From an uncultured Planctomycetia bacterium (GTDB lineage Bacteria > Omnitrophota > Gorgyraeia > 1-14-0-20-64-10): a DNA stretch of 64,000 bases. This document shows, one piece after another, positions 1 through 8,620 of the stretch. The position numbers and the translations under genes were made by a program. Position 1 is the stretch's first letter, and each line of letters starts with the position of its first letter. The notes beneath the pieces are model-generated. The model made no database searches. It had not been told where the DNA came from and saw nothing but the letters and a program-made list of their open reading frames with translations. The DNA lies in contig CAYJVR010000002.1 of assembly GCA_964373715.1 (NCBI GenBank), positions 118,521 through 182,520 of the forward strand. The letters run 5' to 3'.

Positions 1-38
1 AAACGGAACCCGCACCCGAAGCCAAAAATTGCCATCCG

Positions 39-2168
39 TTGTTTTGCCCTAGGTCCGTCGCTGTCATCGGGGCGTCCAGCGAGGGAGGGACGGTCGGCCA
101 TGCCATTTTAAGGAATATCGTCGCGGGCCGGTTCACCGGGCCCGTTTATCCGGTCAACCCGAAGAGAGAAGAGATCGGCGGCCTGCGCTGTTATCCGTCC
201 GTCGCAGCCGTCCCCGGCGACGTGGATTTAGCCGTTGTCATCGTCAAAGCCTCCTTTGTCACTGATGTTGTGGAGCAATGCGGCCGGAAGGGGGTCAAGG
301 GGGTGATCGTTATTTCGGCCGGCTTCAAGGAAGTCGGGAAAGAAGGGGCCGCTTTGGAGGAGAAGGTTAAAGAAGCCGCCGCCCGCCACCGTATGGTCCT
401 CGTCGGCCCTAACTGCCTGGGGTTGATCAATACCGACCCGGCGGTTCGGCTGAACGCCACCTTCGGCAGGGAGATGCCGGCCGGCGGGAATATAGCGTTC
501 GTTTCCCAGAGCGGCGCTTTGTGCACGGCAGTTCTCGAGTACGCCAAAACCGAGGGGGTCGGTTTTTCCAAGATGGTCAGTATGGGCAACAAGGCCGGAG
601 TGACCGAGGTGGATCTTCTGCTGGTTTTAAAGGATGATCCCCAGACAAAGGTTATCCTGCTCTACGCGGAGGATTTATCGGAAGGCAGACGTTTCATTGA
701 TGTGGCGCGGGACATCACGGGAGAGGGGGACAGCCGCAAACCGATCATCGCCATTAAGTCGGGCCGGACGCCGCAGGGAGCTCGGGCCGCTTCGTCGCAT
801 ACCGGGTCATTGGCAGGCAGTGATGAGGTTTACGACGCGATCTTCGCGCAAGCCGGTGTCCTGCGGGTGGATTCGGTGGATGAGCTTTTTGATTATGCCC
901 GGGCCTTCGCGGACCAGCCGCTGCCGAAAGGGAACAGAGTGGCAATTATCACAAACGCGGGCGGACCCGGCATTATGGCGACCGACGCTTGCGTCCGCTA
1001 TGGGTTGGAATTAGCGAAACTCAGGGAGGAGACAATCGCCGCCATGCGGCCGCATCTGCCGCCGACCGCTTCCCTGTCGAACCCTATTGATTTGATCGGA
1101 GACGCCCGGGAGGACCGTTACGAGGTGGTGCTGAAGGCGGTGGTGAAAGACCCGAACGTGGACTGCGTCATAACGTTGGCCACCCCGCAGGCGATGACCG
1201 ATCTGGATAAAATTGCTCAAGTGGTAGGCCGCGCGGCCAAAGGGCTGGAGAAACCGATGCTGGCCTGCTTCATGGGGGTCATGGATCTTTCCTCTGGGGT
1301 GAATGCCTTGAAGGCCGAAAAGGTTCCTCATTACCGGTTCCCGGAAACGGCGGTCCGGGCCATGGCTCAGATGAGCCGGTATTCGCAGTGGATCGCCCGG
1401 CCGCGCACGCAGGTGAAACGGTTTCCGGTCGATAAAAAACAAGCCGAAGAGATCATTGCCCGGGCATATGGCCAGGGGCGGCAGACGCTCAATCAGGCGG
1501 AGTCTCTCGATATCCTTAAGCTTTACGGTTTCCCGGCCCCTGCTTTTTTGACCGCGCATACCTCCGCTGAAGCGGCGGCCGGTTCCCAGAAAGTCGGTTT
1601 TCCTCTGGCGATGAAGATACTTTCCGCCGACATTCTGCATAAGGTGGATGTCGGCGGCGTGCGGCTTGATCTGAAGAGTTCCGCTGAAGCCGGGATCGCT
1701 TTCGACGAGATGACCTGTAACGTCAAGAGATTAAGGCCTGACGCCAGGCTGGAGGGGGTTTTGCTCCAGGAGATGGTCCCGAAGGGCATTGAAATGATCT
1801 TAGGGATCAAGCGGGACCCGCGTTTCGGGCCTCTGCTCATGTTTGGTTTGGGCGGGATCTACGTTGAGGTTTTCCGGGACATCACGTTCCGGCTTGCGCC
1901 GATCAGAGAACTTGGGGCCCGCCGCATGATTGAGTCCATACGGGCGCGCAAAATTCCGGAAGAGTTCCGTGGTCAGCCGCCGGCCGACACAGAGAAACTG
2001 GCGGAATGCATAGAGAGGCTCTCCCAACTGGCGCTGGATTTGGAAGGGGTGGAAGAGCTGGATATCAACCCGCTGATCGTTTATCCGAAGGGGCAGGGGG
2101 TTCGTGTCGCGGACGCCAGAATTTTGCTCGCCTCCCCGCGCCTTGCGCCGGGAACAAACCGTTTGTAG
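39..2168 (+). CDS. Acetyl-CoA synthetase (ADP-forming), fused alpha/beta subunits (CoA-binding domain + succinyl-CoA-synthetase-like domain + ATP-grasp). Possibly 5'-partial: no in-frame stop between position 3 and the TTG at 39.
   Basis: N-terminal CoA-binding motif SVAVIGAS..G, PNCLG, FVSQSG, and a C-terminal ATP-grasp region (ESLDILKLYGFP...). Domain order is typical of ACD/AcdAB fusions. Confidence 0.8.
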   Translation: MFCPRSVAVIGASSEGGTVGHAILRNIVAGRFTGPVYPVNPKREEIGGLRCYPSVAAVPGDVDLAVVIVKASFVTDVVEQCGRKGVKGVIVISAGFKEVGKEGAALEEKVKEAAARHRMVLVGPNCLGLINTDPAVRLNATFGREMPAGGNIAFVSQSGALCTAVLEYAKTEGVGFSKMVSMGNKAGVTEVDLLLVLKDDPQTKVILLYAEDLSEGRRFIDVARDITGEGDSRKPIIAIKSGRTPQGARAASSHTGSLAGSDEVYDAIFAQAGVLRVDSVDELFDYARAFADQPLPKGNRVAIITNAGGPGIMATDACVRYGLELAKLREETIAAMRPHLPPTASLSNPIDLIGDAREDRYEVVLKAVVKDPNVDCVITLATPQAMTDLDKIAQVVGRAAKGLEKPMLACFMGVMDLSSGVNALKAEKVPHYRFPETAVRAMAQMSRYSQWIARPRTQVKRFPVDKKQAEEIIARAYGQGRQTLNQAESLDILKLYGFPAPAFLTAHTSAEAAAGSQKVGFPLAMKILSADILHKVDVGGVRLDLKSSAEAGIAFDEMTCNVKRLRPDARLEGVLLQEMVPKGIEMILGIKRDPRFGPLLMFGLGGIYVEVFRDITFRLAPIRELGARRMIESIRARKIPEEFRGQPPADTEKLAECIERLSQLALDLEGVEELDINPLIVYPKGQGVRVADARILLASPRLAPGTNRL

Positions 2169-2177
2169 AATACAGCC

Positions 2178-3206
2178 ATGGCAATTTCGAAACCAAAGAT
2201 CGCTTTCTTTGAGACCGAGCCCTGGGAAAGAGCGGTCATCCGGAGCGGCCCTTTAAAATCAGAGGCACGCTTGGTTTTTTATTCCAAGCCCATTCATGAA
2301 ATTCCGCAGAAGGAAATCGCCGGGATGGATGCCGTCTCCGTCTTCATCTATTCCCGTCTGGATGCCCGGATCCTTAAAAAGATGCCCCGGTTGAAGCTTG
2401 TGGCCACCCGTTCCACAGGTTACGACCACATAGATTTGAAAACTGCGCGCCGGAAAGGGATCGTCGTGGCGAATGTCCCTTCCTACGGCGAGAACACGGT
2501 GGCGGAGCACACCTTCGCGCTGATCTTGTCCCTCTCCAGGAACGTCCATAAGGCCTATATGAGGACCTCAAGAGGGGATTTCTCGCTCGATGGGCTTCAG
2601 GGGTTCGATCTCAAGGGGAAAATCTTAGGAGTCGTCGGAGCCGGCCACATCGGCCTTCACGTGATCAAGATGGCCAAAGGTTTTGGCATGGAGGTGGTGG
2701 CGTTCGATGTCCGGCGCCAGTTGTTTTTGTCGGAGGTGCTTGATTTCCGGTATGCCGCGTTTGAAGAACTGCTCAAAGTTTCTGATATCGTCACGCTCCA
2801 CACCCCGTACAGCCTCGCCACCCACCATCTGATCAACCGCCGGACGATCCAGCAGATGAAGAGGTGGGCTCTGCTAATCAACACCGCACGAGGCGCTCTC
2901 GTGGAAACGGACGCCCTCGTCTGGGCCCTGGATGAGGGGATTATCGCCGGCGCCGCCCTCGATGTGCTCGAGGGGGAGGATCTGATCAAAGAGGAGCGGC
3001 AGCTTTTGGCCGCCGATTTCTCAAAGGAGAAACTGATTACCGCTCTCAAAAACCATATTCTCCTTCATAGGGAAAACGTGGTCATTACCCCGCACGTCGC
3101 CTTTAATTCGAAAGAGGTCCTCCGCCGGATTGTTGACACGACGGTTATTAACATCCGGCAGTTTTTCCGGGGAACTCCTGCCAACGTTGTAAATCCCGCC
3201 CCTTAG
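2178..3206 (+). CDS. D-isomer-specific 2-hydroxyacid dehydrogenase (D-lactate / phosphoglycerate dehydrogenase family)
   Basis: NAD-binding GVVGAGHIG motif, a catalytic-loop-like region (NTARGALVET), and a His-containing ITPHVAF motif. Confidence 0.8.
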   Translation: MAISKPKIAFFETEPWERAVIRSGPLKSEARLVFYSKPIHEIPQKEIAGMDAVSVFIYSRLDARILKKMPRLKLVATRSTGYDHIDLKTARRKGIVVANVPSYGENTVAEHTFALILSLSRNVHKAYMRTSRGDFSLDGLQGFDLKGKILGVVGAGHIGLHVIKMAKGFGMEVVAFDVRRQLFLSEVLDFRYAAFEELLKVSDIVTLHTPYSLATHHLINRRTIQQMKRWALLINTARGALVETDALVWALDEGIIAGAALDVLEGEDLIKEERQLLAADFSKEKLITALKNHILLHRENVVITPHVAFNSKEVLRRIVDTTVINIRQFFRGTPANVVNPAP

Positions 3207-3302
3207 GGGTTCCAGAAATTCACAGTCTCTATGATCCCGGTCATACACCGGGCCCACCCTATTTCTGTAAACTTCTATCCAGAGAAAGAAAGGGCCACTA
3301 TT

Positions 3303-3908
3303 ATGGTTCGGTGGGATGAAGGGATCGAGAGGGATCATGATATTTTGACGCATCAAGTCGATGCGCTGGAAGCGGCCCTGGCGGTGGATGTCACGGACGA
3401 GGACCGGAGAGTTGTGCTGGCATGGATTGTTCAGACCCTGTGGCCGGCTTTAGAGCTGCACCTGAGAAAAGAGGAGGAGGTCCTTTTCCCGGCGGTCCAT
3501 CGCCTGATCGGCGAGAATGCCGGGGCGGTTACCTTGATGCAGGAGGAACACAAAGAATTAAGAGATGCGCACCGGCGCTTGGCGGAACTGCTTCAGGTCT
3601 ATGAACACACAAATTGGGACGGGATCCGGCTGGCCGCCGAGTCGCTGATGGAAAGGTTGGAAGACCACAGGAAAAAAGAAAAGCGCCTCGTCCTGGATGT
3701 TCTGGAATACAGTTTAAAATCCAAAGAGCTGAAAGATCTTGTCAAGGAACTGGAAGAGGTAGCCCGCCGCGCCCACGAAGAGGAGGGGTGGCCCGCCACT
3801 ATTTTGTACAACAAAAGGGCCGTCAGTCCTCCCGGGCGCGGTTTAAATGTTCCGGATGAAATAGGGTATGGAAGCGTTTCCCATGAAATAACAGCGGAGA
3901 AGCCATGA
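3303..3908 (+). CDS. Hemerythrin-like (HHE cation-binding domain) protein. The ORF track starts it at 3231; I prefer the internal ATG at 3303.
   Basis: LELHLRKEEEVLFP motif and H/E-rich helices. Its stop overlaps the nirK start (ATGA at 3905-3908). Confidence 0.65.
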   Translation: MVRWDEGIERDHDILTHQVDALEAALAVDVTDEDRRVVLAWIVQTLWPALELHLRKEEEVLFPAVHRLIGENAGAVTLMQEEHKELRDAHRRLAELLQVYEHTNWDGIRLAAESLMERLEDHRKKEKRLVLDVLEYSLKSKELKDLVKELEEVARRAHEEEGWPATILYNKRAVSPPGRGLNVPDEIGYGSVSHEITAEKP

Positions 3909-4957
3909 AAGAAAAAAGGTTCTGGTTCGGGATAGCCGTAATGGCGATGAGTGCGGCGGGTATTGTTGGCTTAAGTTGTTCGGAGGTTTCGGCGGAGGTC
4001 TGGAAGCGTGAAAAGGCCCAGTTGACCTACGCCCCGGAAGTTCCCCCTCCGATCACCCGAAAGAGCCCAGCGATCGTGGAGGTCTACTTGGATTCCAGCG
4101 TCAATGTTGCCGAAATAGGTCCAAACGCTCAATATCAGTTTTGGGGGTTTAACGGCCATGTCCCCGGTCCGTTCATCCGGACGAGAGTGGGGGACATGCT
4201 CGAGGTGCATGTCAGCAACACCGACGTTAGCGGGATGCCTCACAATGTGGATTTCCACGCGGTGACGGGGCCCGGAGGTGGGGCGAAAGTCACCACGGTT
4301 GTCGAGGGGGAGAAGCGGACGGTCTGGTTCAAGATGCTCCATCCAGGGCTGTATGTTTATCACTGCGCCGCCCCTCCTGTGATGGACCATATCGCCAACG
4401 GGATGTACGGCCTGATTCTGGTGGAGCCCAAAGGAGGGCTTCCGAAGGTGGACAAGGAATTTTACGTCCTGCAGAGCGAGTTTTACACCAAAGACCCGGC
4501 GGAAGGCCAGGAGCTTCTCGAATTTTCGCATGACAACGGCGTTTTGGAGCATCCCCGATTTGTCGTGTTCAACGGCCGGGAAGGGTCTTTGACGAACGAA
4601 GGAACACTTAAGGCAAAAACAGGGGATAAGGTCAGGATCTATTTCGGCAACGCGGGCCCGAACCTCATCTCCTCGTTCCATGTGATTGGTGAGATTTTCG
4701 ACAATGTCTACCGAGAAGGGGATCTCGTCAGCCAGCCAGCCCACAGTGTACAGACGACGCTCGTGCCGGCGGGAGGGGCCACGGTGGTGGACTTCGGACT
4801 GGAGGTTCCTGGAACATACACTTTGGTGGACCACGCTATCTTCCGGATAGGCAAAGGGGCGGTCGGTTTCTTGGAAGCGGAGGGAAAACCCCGGCATGAC
4901 ATCTATGCGACCGAAGATGATCCGGAGCCGTGCGAAGGGTGTCTTGTCCATCCTTAA
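3905..4957 (+). CDS. nirK: Copper-containing nitrite reductase NirK (two-domain multicopper oxidase)
   Basis: Signal peptide; type-1/type-2 Cu ligand motifs HNVDFHA and YVYHCAAPPVMDHIANGMYG. Length of about 350 aa. Confidence 0.9.
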   Translation: MKEKRFWFGIAVMAMSAAGIVGLSCSEVSAEVWKREKAQLTYAPEVPPPITRKSPAIVEVYLDSSVNVAEIGPNAQYQFWGFNGHVPGPFIRTRVGDMLEVHVSNTDVSGMPHNVDFHAVTGPGGGAKVTTVVEGEKRTVWFKMLHPGLYVYHCAAPPVMDHIANGMYGLILVEPKGGLPKVDKEFYVLQSEFYTKDPAEGQELLEFSHDNGVLEHPRFVVFNGREGSLTNEGTLKAKTGDKVRIYFGNAGPNLISSFHVIGEIFDNVYREGDLVSQPAHSVQTTLVPAGGATVVDFGLEVPGTYTLVDHAIFRIGKGAVGFLEAEGKPRHDIYATEDDPEPCEGCLVHP

Positions 4958-4978
4958 ATGGAGGGGTAGGAGGACCGC

Positions 4979-5476
4979 ATGATTGAGTGGGACAGCCAGC
5001 TGAGGCAGGAACATGACGACCTGGACGCGCAGGTCAAACTGCTGGAGCAGGCGTTGGCAGGCAAGAATGGCCCTCAATCCCGATGGGGGGCTCTCTCCCA
5101 CCTGGTAATCCGGAGTCTTGGGCCGCATCTCGAACTCCATCTGAGGAAAGAGGAGCAGGTGCTGTTTCCTGCTCTTGAAAAGATCGCGGGAGGAGAGATC
5201 GAGGAGGTCCGGAAGCTGATTGAACAGCACCAGCAGTTGAGGGCCACTTTGAGGGAATTGGCGGACCAGCTGTCCGAGCCGCGCCGGGAGAATATCAATT
5301 GGCGGCAGGTAAGTGAATCCGGTGAAAAATTCATGCGGGCTCTCGGAGAACACGAACGCCAGGAAGAGCATATGCTCAAAGATGTTCTCGAAGCCAGCTT
5401 GAAACCGAGAGAGCTCATGAAGCTCGCGGAGGGGTTTCACCAGGTAACGTGGAAAGCTTTTCAGGAGGAGTTGTAG
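4979..5476 (+). CDS. Hemerythrin-like (HHE domain) protein, paralog of 3303-3908
   Basis: LELHLRKEEQVLFP, shared with the upstream hemerythrin-like ORF; directly follows nirK. Confidence 0.7.
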   Translation: MIEWDSQLRQEHDDLDAQVKLLEQALAGKNGPQSRWGALSHLVIRSLGPHLELHLRKEEQVLFPALEKIAGGEIEEVRKLIEQHQQLRATLRELADQLSEPRRENINWRQVSESGEKFMRALGEHERQEEHMLKDVLEASLKPRELMKLAEGFHQVTWKAFQEEL

Positions 5477-5480
5477 CGCC

Positions 5481-5753
5481 ATGCGTATCGTTGTAGCGAT
5501 TGCCGGGCCCGGGGGTTTTGCTCCCAAGACGGCAAGCCGTTTGAAGCAGAAATTAGTTCAGCGCGGATTAGGGGTTCAGCTTCTCAAAAGGAAAGAGGAG
5601 AAGGTTTCTCCGGAGACGGACGTGGTTTTGCTTTCCTGCTCGAATGAAGATGTCAACGGTTTGGCTCAGTGGATCGAGAGCGAATGGAACGAGCAATGGA
5701 ACGGATGGTTTGCTTTGAATAGGAAAAAACAGAAAGGAGTAGAACAGGCTTAA
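5481..5753 (+). CDS. Hypothetical small protein (90 aa)
   Basis: ORF 5 nt downstream of the second hemerythrin gene; no recognisable motif. Confidence 0.3.
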   Translation: MRIVVAIAGPGGFAPKTASRLKQKLVQRGLGVQLLKRKEEKVSPETDVVLLSCSNEDVNGLAQWIESEWNEQWNGWFALNRKKQKGVEQA

Positions 5754-6619
5754 GCTTTTATGCCAATGTTTTTAAAGACGGCTTCCACAGACCGGGAGCG
5801 GTTGAGAACGTAGAAATGCAAACCTGGGACCCCCGCCTTTAAAAGCCCTTCGCAAAGTTTCGTCGCCAGCTCGATTCCGTACCGCACCGCCCCCTCGTCG
5901 TCGTTCTCGTATTTCTTCAGGTCTTTATCCACCGCGGGCGGGATTGTCGAACCACAGAGCGAGGCGAAGCGCCTGACCTGTTGGGAAGAAAGGATCGGCA
6001 GGATGCCGGGCACGATCGGCGCGGTGATGCCCGCCCTGCGCGCGTGCTCCAGAAAATCGAAGAAATAAGCGTTGTCGAAGAAAAGCTGCGTGATGACGAC
6101 GCAGCCGCCCGCCGCAAGCTTCTTTTTAAGATAGGTGATATCGGCTGCCCGGTCTTTTGCCTCCGGATGGACCTCGGGGAACCCGGTCACCGCGATGGAG
6201 AACCAGGGGTCTTTTCGGATCTCTTGGATCAGTTCGACGGATGATGTGAATCCGTCCGGATGGGGCTTGAAGTCAGGCTGGTCTTTCGGAGGGTCCCCCC
6301 GCAGTGCCAGGATGTTGCAAACCCCCATCTCTTTGAGCCTCGTTAAATTCGCTCGGATGCTTCCTCTCGATTCCCCGACGATATTCAAATGGCACATCGT
6401 TTCGACGCGGGACCTGTTCTTCAGGCGGTCGCAGAGTTCGAGCGTAAGGTCCCGCGTCGAGCCGGCCGCGCCGTAGGTCATCGAGAAAAAGGCAGGTTTG
6501 AACCGCTTGAGTTCTTCGACCGTGTCGAACAGTTTCTCTGACGCGTCCGGGGTTTTCGGCGGAAACAGTTCGAATGAAATCTCCGGTTTTCCTGAGAGGT
6601 AGAGTTGATCGAGGCGCAT
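5750..6619 (-). CDS. metF: 5,10-methylenetetrahydrofolate reductase
   Basis: N-terminal SFELFPPKT, MTYGAAGSTR and ALRGDPP motifs characteristic of MetF. Confidence 0.85.
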   Translation of the reverse strand: MRLDQLYLSGKPEISFELFPPKTPDASEKLFDTVEELKRFKPAFFSMTYGAAGSTRDLTLELCDRLKNRSRVETMCHLNIVGESRGSIRANLTRLKEMGVCNILALRGDPPKDQPDFKPHPDGFTSSVELIQEIRKDPWFSIAVTGFPEVHPEAKDRAADITYLKKKLAAGGCVVITQLFFDNAYFFDFLEHARRAGITAPIVPGILPILSSQQVRRFASLCGSTIPPAVDKDLKKYENDDEGAVRYGIELATKLCEGLLKAGVPGLHFYVLNRSRSVEAVFKNIGIKA

Positions 6620-6627
6620 GAGGGGGA

Positions 6628-7077
6628 TTATTTCGGATCTTGGGCGGAACAGGTTTTCTTCATCCGCCGGACGGAACGGACGATGGAGAAGGTGATGCCG
6701 CCGAAAAGAATGTAAGGGGTGCTCAGCAGAAGACCTAAGGAAAGCCCGAATCCGTTTCTCAAGCTGGCGGCGGCGGACGGGTCAGTTTGTCCGGCGGCCA
6801 CCTCTGTGCACATCGGGCACGCGATCGCCGCCCCCGCCATAAGAATAACCAGGGCAAAAACAGATAAAACAAGGCGGGTAACGCCCGCCAGAAATCTGCC
6901 TGCGGGGATGTCTCCGAGGGACGTAGGTCGCCGCGAACGGGCATGGATTCCCGAAGGGAAGAGTGAGCGAGACCTTCGAGCGCAGTCCGGAGCGCAGGGC
7001 CGGACAAGCGACCTGAGGAGATATTCCCGCAGGCAGATTTCAGTGACCGTTGTTTTTTCCCGAGGATGTTTCATTGC
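6628..7077 (-). CDS. Hypothetical small membrane protein with a CPMC motif at the distal end of the cox operon; start uncertain
   Basis: C-terminal hydrophobic segments (LVLSVFALVILMAGAAIACPMC, LSLGLLLSTPYILFGG). The N-terminal part of the ORF overlaps DUF420 and may not be real. Confidence 0.25.
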   Translation of the reverse strand, partial: AMKHPREKTTVTEICLREYLLRSLVRPCAPDCARRSRSLFPSGIHARSRRPTSLGDIPAGRFLAGVTRLVLSVFALVILMAGAAIACPMCTEVAAGQTDPSAAASLRNGFGLSLGLLLSTPYILFGGITFSIVRSVRRMKKTCSAQDPK

Positions 7078-7493
7078 CATTTCACCTGGTACAGCATCCA
7101 GTATACGACAACTCCGGTCACAGAGACATAAAGCCACAGCGGAAAAGTCCAGCGGGCGATTTTCTTATGGTCCGCGAACCGGTTACGGAGGGCCAGGTAG
7201 AGGGTTCGCAGGATCAGAGGGACGATTAAAGCGGCAAGGATTGTGTGCGTGATCAGGATGAAAAAATAGACCAGCCGGATGACTCCGGTCCCCTGAAAGC
7301 GGGTTGCCCCGTGAATGAAATGGTACGTCAGGTATGAGATGAGGAACAGCACCGAGACCAGGAATGCCGAACCCATCAGGTATCGGTGGAGCTGGATCCG
7401 GCCGCCGCGGATGGAGAGGTATCCTGCCGCCAGCAGCAGCGCGCAGGAGCCGTTGAGTAAAGCGTTGAGATGAGGAAGATGAGCCAGGCTCAA
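7071..7493 (-). CDS. DUF420-family membrane protein (typically associated with cytochrome oxidase)
   Basis: Four predicted TM helices and a His-rich HFIHG motif; sits in the cox operon. The family assignment is from memory. Confidence 0.7.
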   Translation of the reverse strand: MSLAHLPHLNALLNGSCALLLAAGYLSIRGGRIQLHRYLMGSAFLVSVLFLISYLTYHFIHGATRFQGTGVIRLVYFFILITHTILAALIVPLILRTLYLALRNRFADHKKIARWTFPLWLYVSVTGVVVYWMLYQVKWQ

Positions 7494-7738
7494 CGAAGGA
7501 TCTCGTTTGCCTCAAGGATAAGCGCTTGCACAGAGGCCGGATCGGAAGAGTCATAGGCGCCGACAATTTTTTCTTCCTGATCAACAAGGACGAACCGGAT
7601 GTTGTGCATAAGAGGGTCCTTCCTTTCCGGCATCTCGGAGACAGCCGCGGTTGCCGTCCGAGGAGAAAAACCGGCGCATAACGCGAAGGAGAACAGTCCT
7701 GCGAGCACCGCGATCGCCGGCAAATGATGCTTCCGCAT
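7490..7738 (-). CDS. Small secreted protein resembling only the C-terminal part of SCO1/SenC
   Basis: Signal peptide, then HNIRFVLVDQEEKIVGAY, which resembles the SCO C-terminal His + 'YLIDP.G.I' motif. It has no CxxxC and no room for a thioredoxin fold. Confidence 0.45.
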   Translation of the reverse strand: MRKHHLPAIAVLAGLFSFALCAGFSPRTATAAVSEMPERKDPLMHNIRFVLVDQEEKIVGAYDSSDPASVQALILEANEILR

Positions 7739-8035
7739 TTAGATATGGATCAGTGTCAGCCCCAGAAAAATCAGGAGGCCGGCCAGCCCGAGAAGGAAAA
7801 ACGGGAAGACCGCAACGGCCCATATCGGTATGAATTTCTCGAACTTCATATGCATGAAATAAAGGCCGACCAGGGCCGTCTTTACCAGCGAGATTCCGAG
7901 GATGATGAGGGCGATCCCTGTCCTGGAGATCGGCAGATAGGAGACAAACGTTCCTGCCGCCAGCAGTGCGATAAGAAAAGCCCAGATGACGAGGTACTTT
8001 CCGTAGTTTGGAACCGCGTGTGTTTCAGTGCTCAT
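7739..8035 (-). CDS. Cytochrome c oxidase subunit IV (prokaryotic CoxD/CtaF-like small subunit)
   Basis: 98 aa, three TM helices, position right after coxC, with an ATGA overlap. Confidence 0.7.
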   Translation of the reverse strand: MSTETHAVPNYGKYLVIWAFLIALLAAGTFVSYLPISRTGIALIILGISLVKTALVGLYFMHMKFEKFIPIWAVAVFPFFLLGLAGLLIFLGLTLIHI

Positions 8036-8619
8036 ATGAGGTACACCATGGGGAATAGAAAGATCCAGACGACATCCACGAAGTGCCAGTACAGCCCCGA
8101 GAGCTCAACGAGGTGGCCTTTCCTTTCGAAAAAATCCCTTTTCAGCGTCAGCGACAAAACCCACAGGTTTGCCAGAGCGCCGATCAGGACGTGCAGGCCG
8201 TGGATGCCGGTCAGCGTGAAGTAAACATCCCAGAACAGCCCCGTTCCAGGTAGGTGGCCGTGGTGGAACTTGACCGAATACTCGTAGCCCTTTACCCCGA
8301 GGAAGGCGCAGCCGAGCAGGATTGTCGCCAACAGAAACATCCGGAGTCTCCCGGTATCTCTGCGGTGCACCGCGGCCACAGACAGAGCCATGGTCATCGA
8401 GCTCGAAAGCAGGATAAAGGTGTTCACTGCCGCCGCCGGGACGTTCAATTCGTCGGCTGGATGGGGCCAGTGTGTGCCGGCGCGCAGCACGATATAGGCT
8501 CCCAAAAGACCGGCAAAGAACATGACCTCGGAGGCAAGGAACACCCACATCCCCAGCTTGGCGGTAGGAATGCCGGTTTGAGTTGTTTCCATCGAGTTTA
8601 CGGCTATGGTTGAACTCAT
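8032..8619 (-). CDS. ctaE: Cytochrome c oxidase subunit III
   Basis: GMWVFLASEVMFF, FTLTGIHGLHV and YWHFVDVVWIFLF motifs. Confidence 0.9.
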   Translation of the reverse strand: MSSTIAVNSMETTQTGIPTAKLGMWVFLASEVMFFAGLLGAYIVLRAGTHWPHPADELNVPAAAVNTFILLSSSMTMALSVAAVHRRDTGRLRMFLLATILLGCAFLGVKGYEYSVKFHHGHLPGTGLFWDVYFTLTGIHGLHVLIGALANLWVLSLTLKRDFFERKGHLVELSGLYWHFVDVVWIFLFPMVYLI

Positions 8620-8620
8620 T

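Noticed and set aside
3971-5527. 518-aa ORF on the minus strand spanning nirK and the second hemerythrin gene
   Set aside because: It is antisense to two genes with strong catalytic motifs. Its composition is Arg/Pro/Leu-rich, typical of GC-rich antisense frames, with no recognisable domain.
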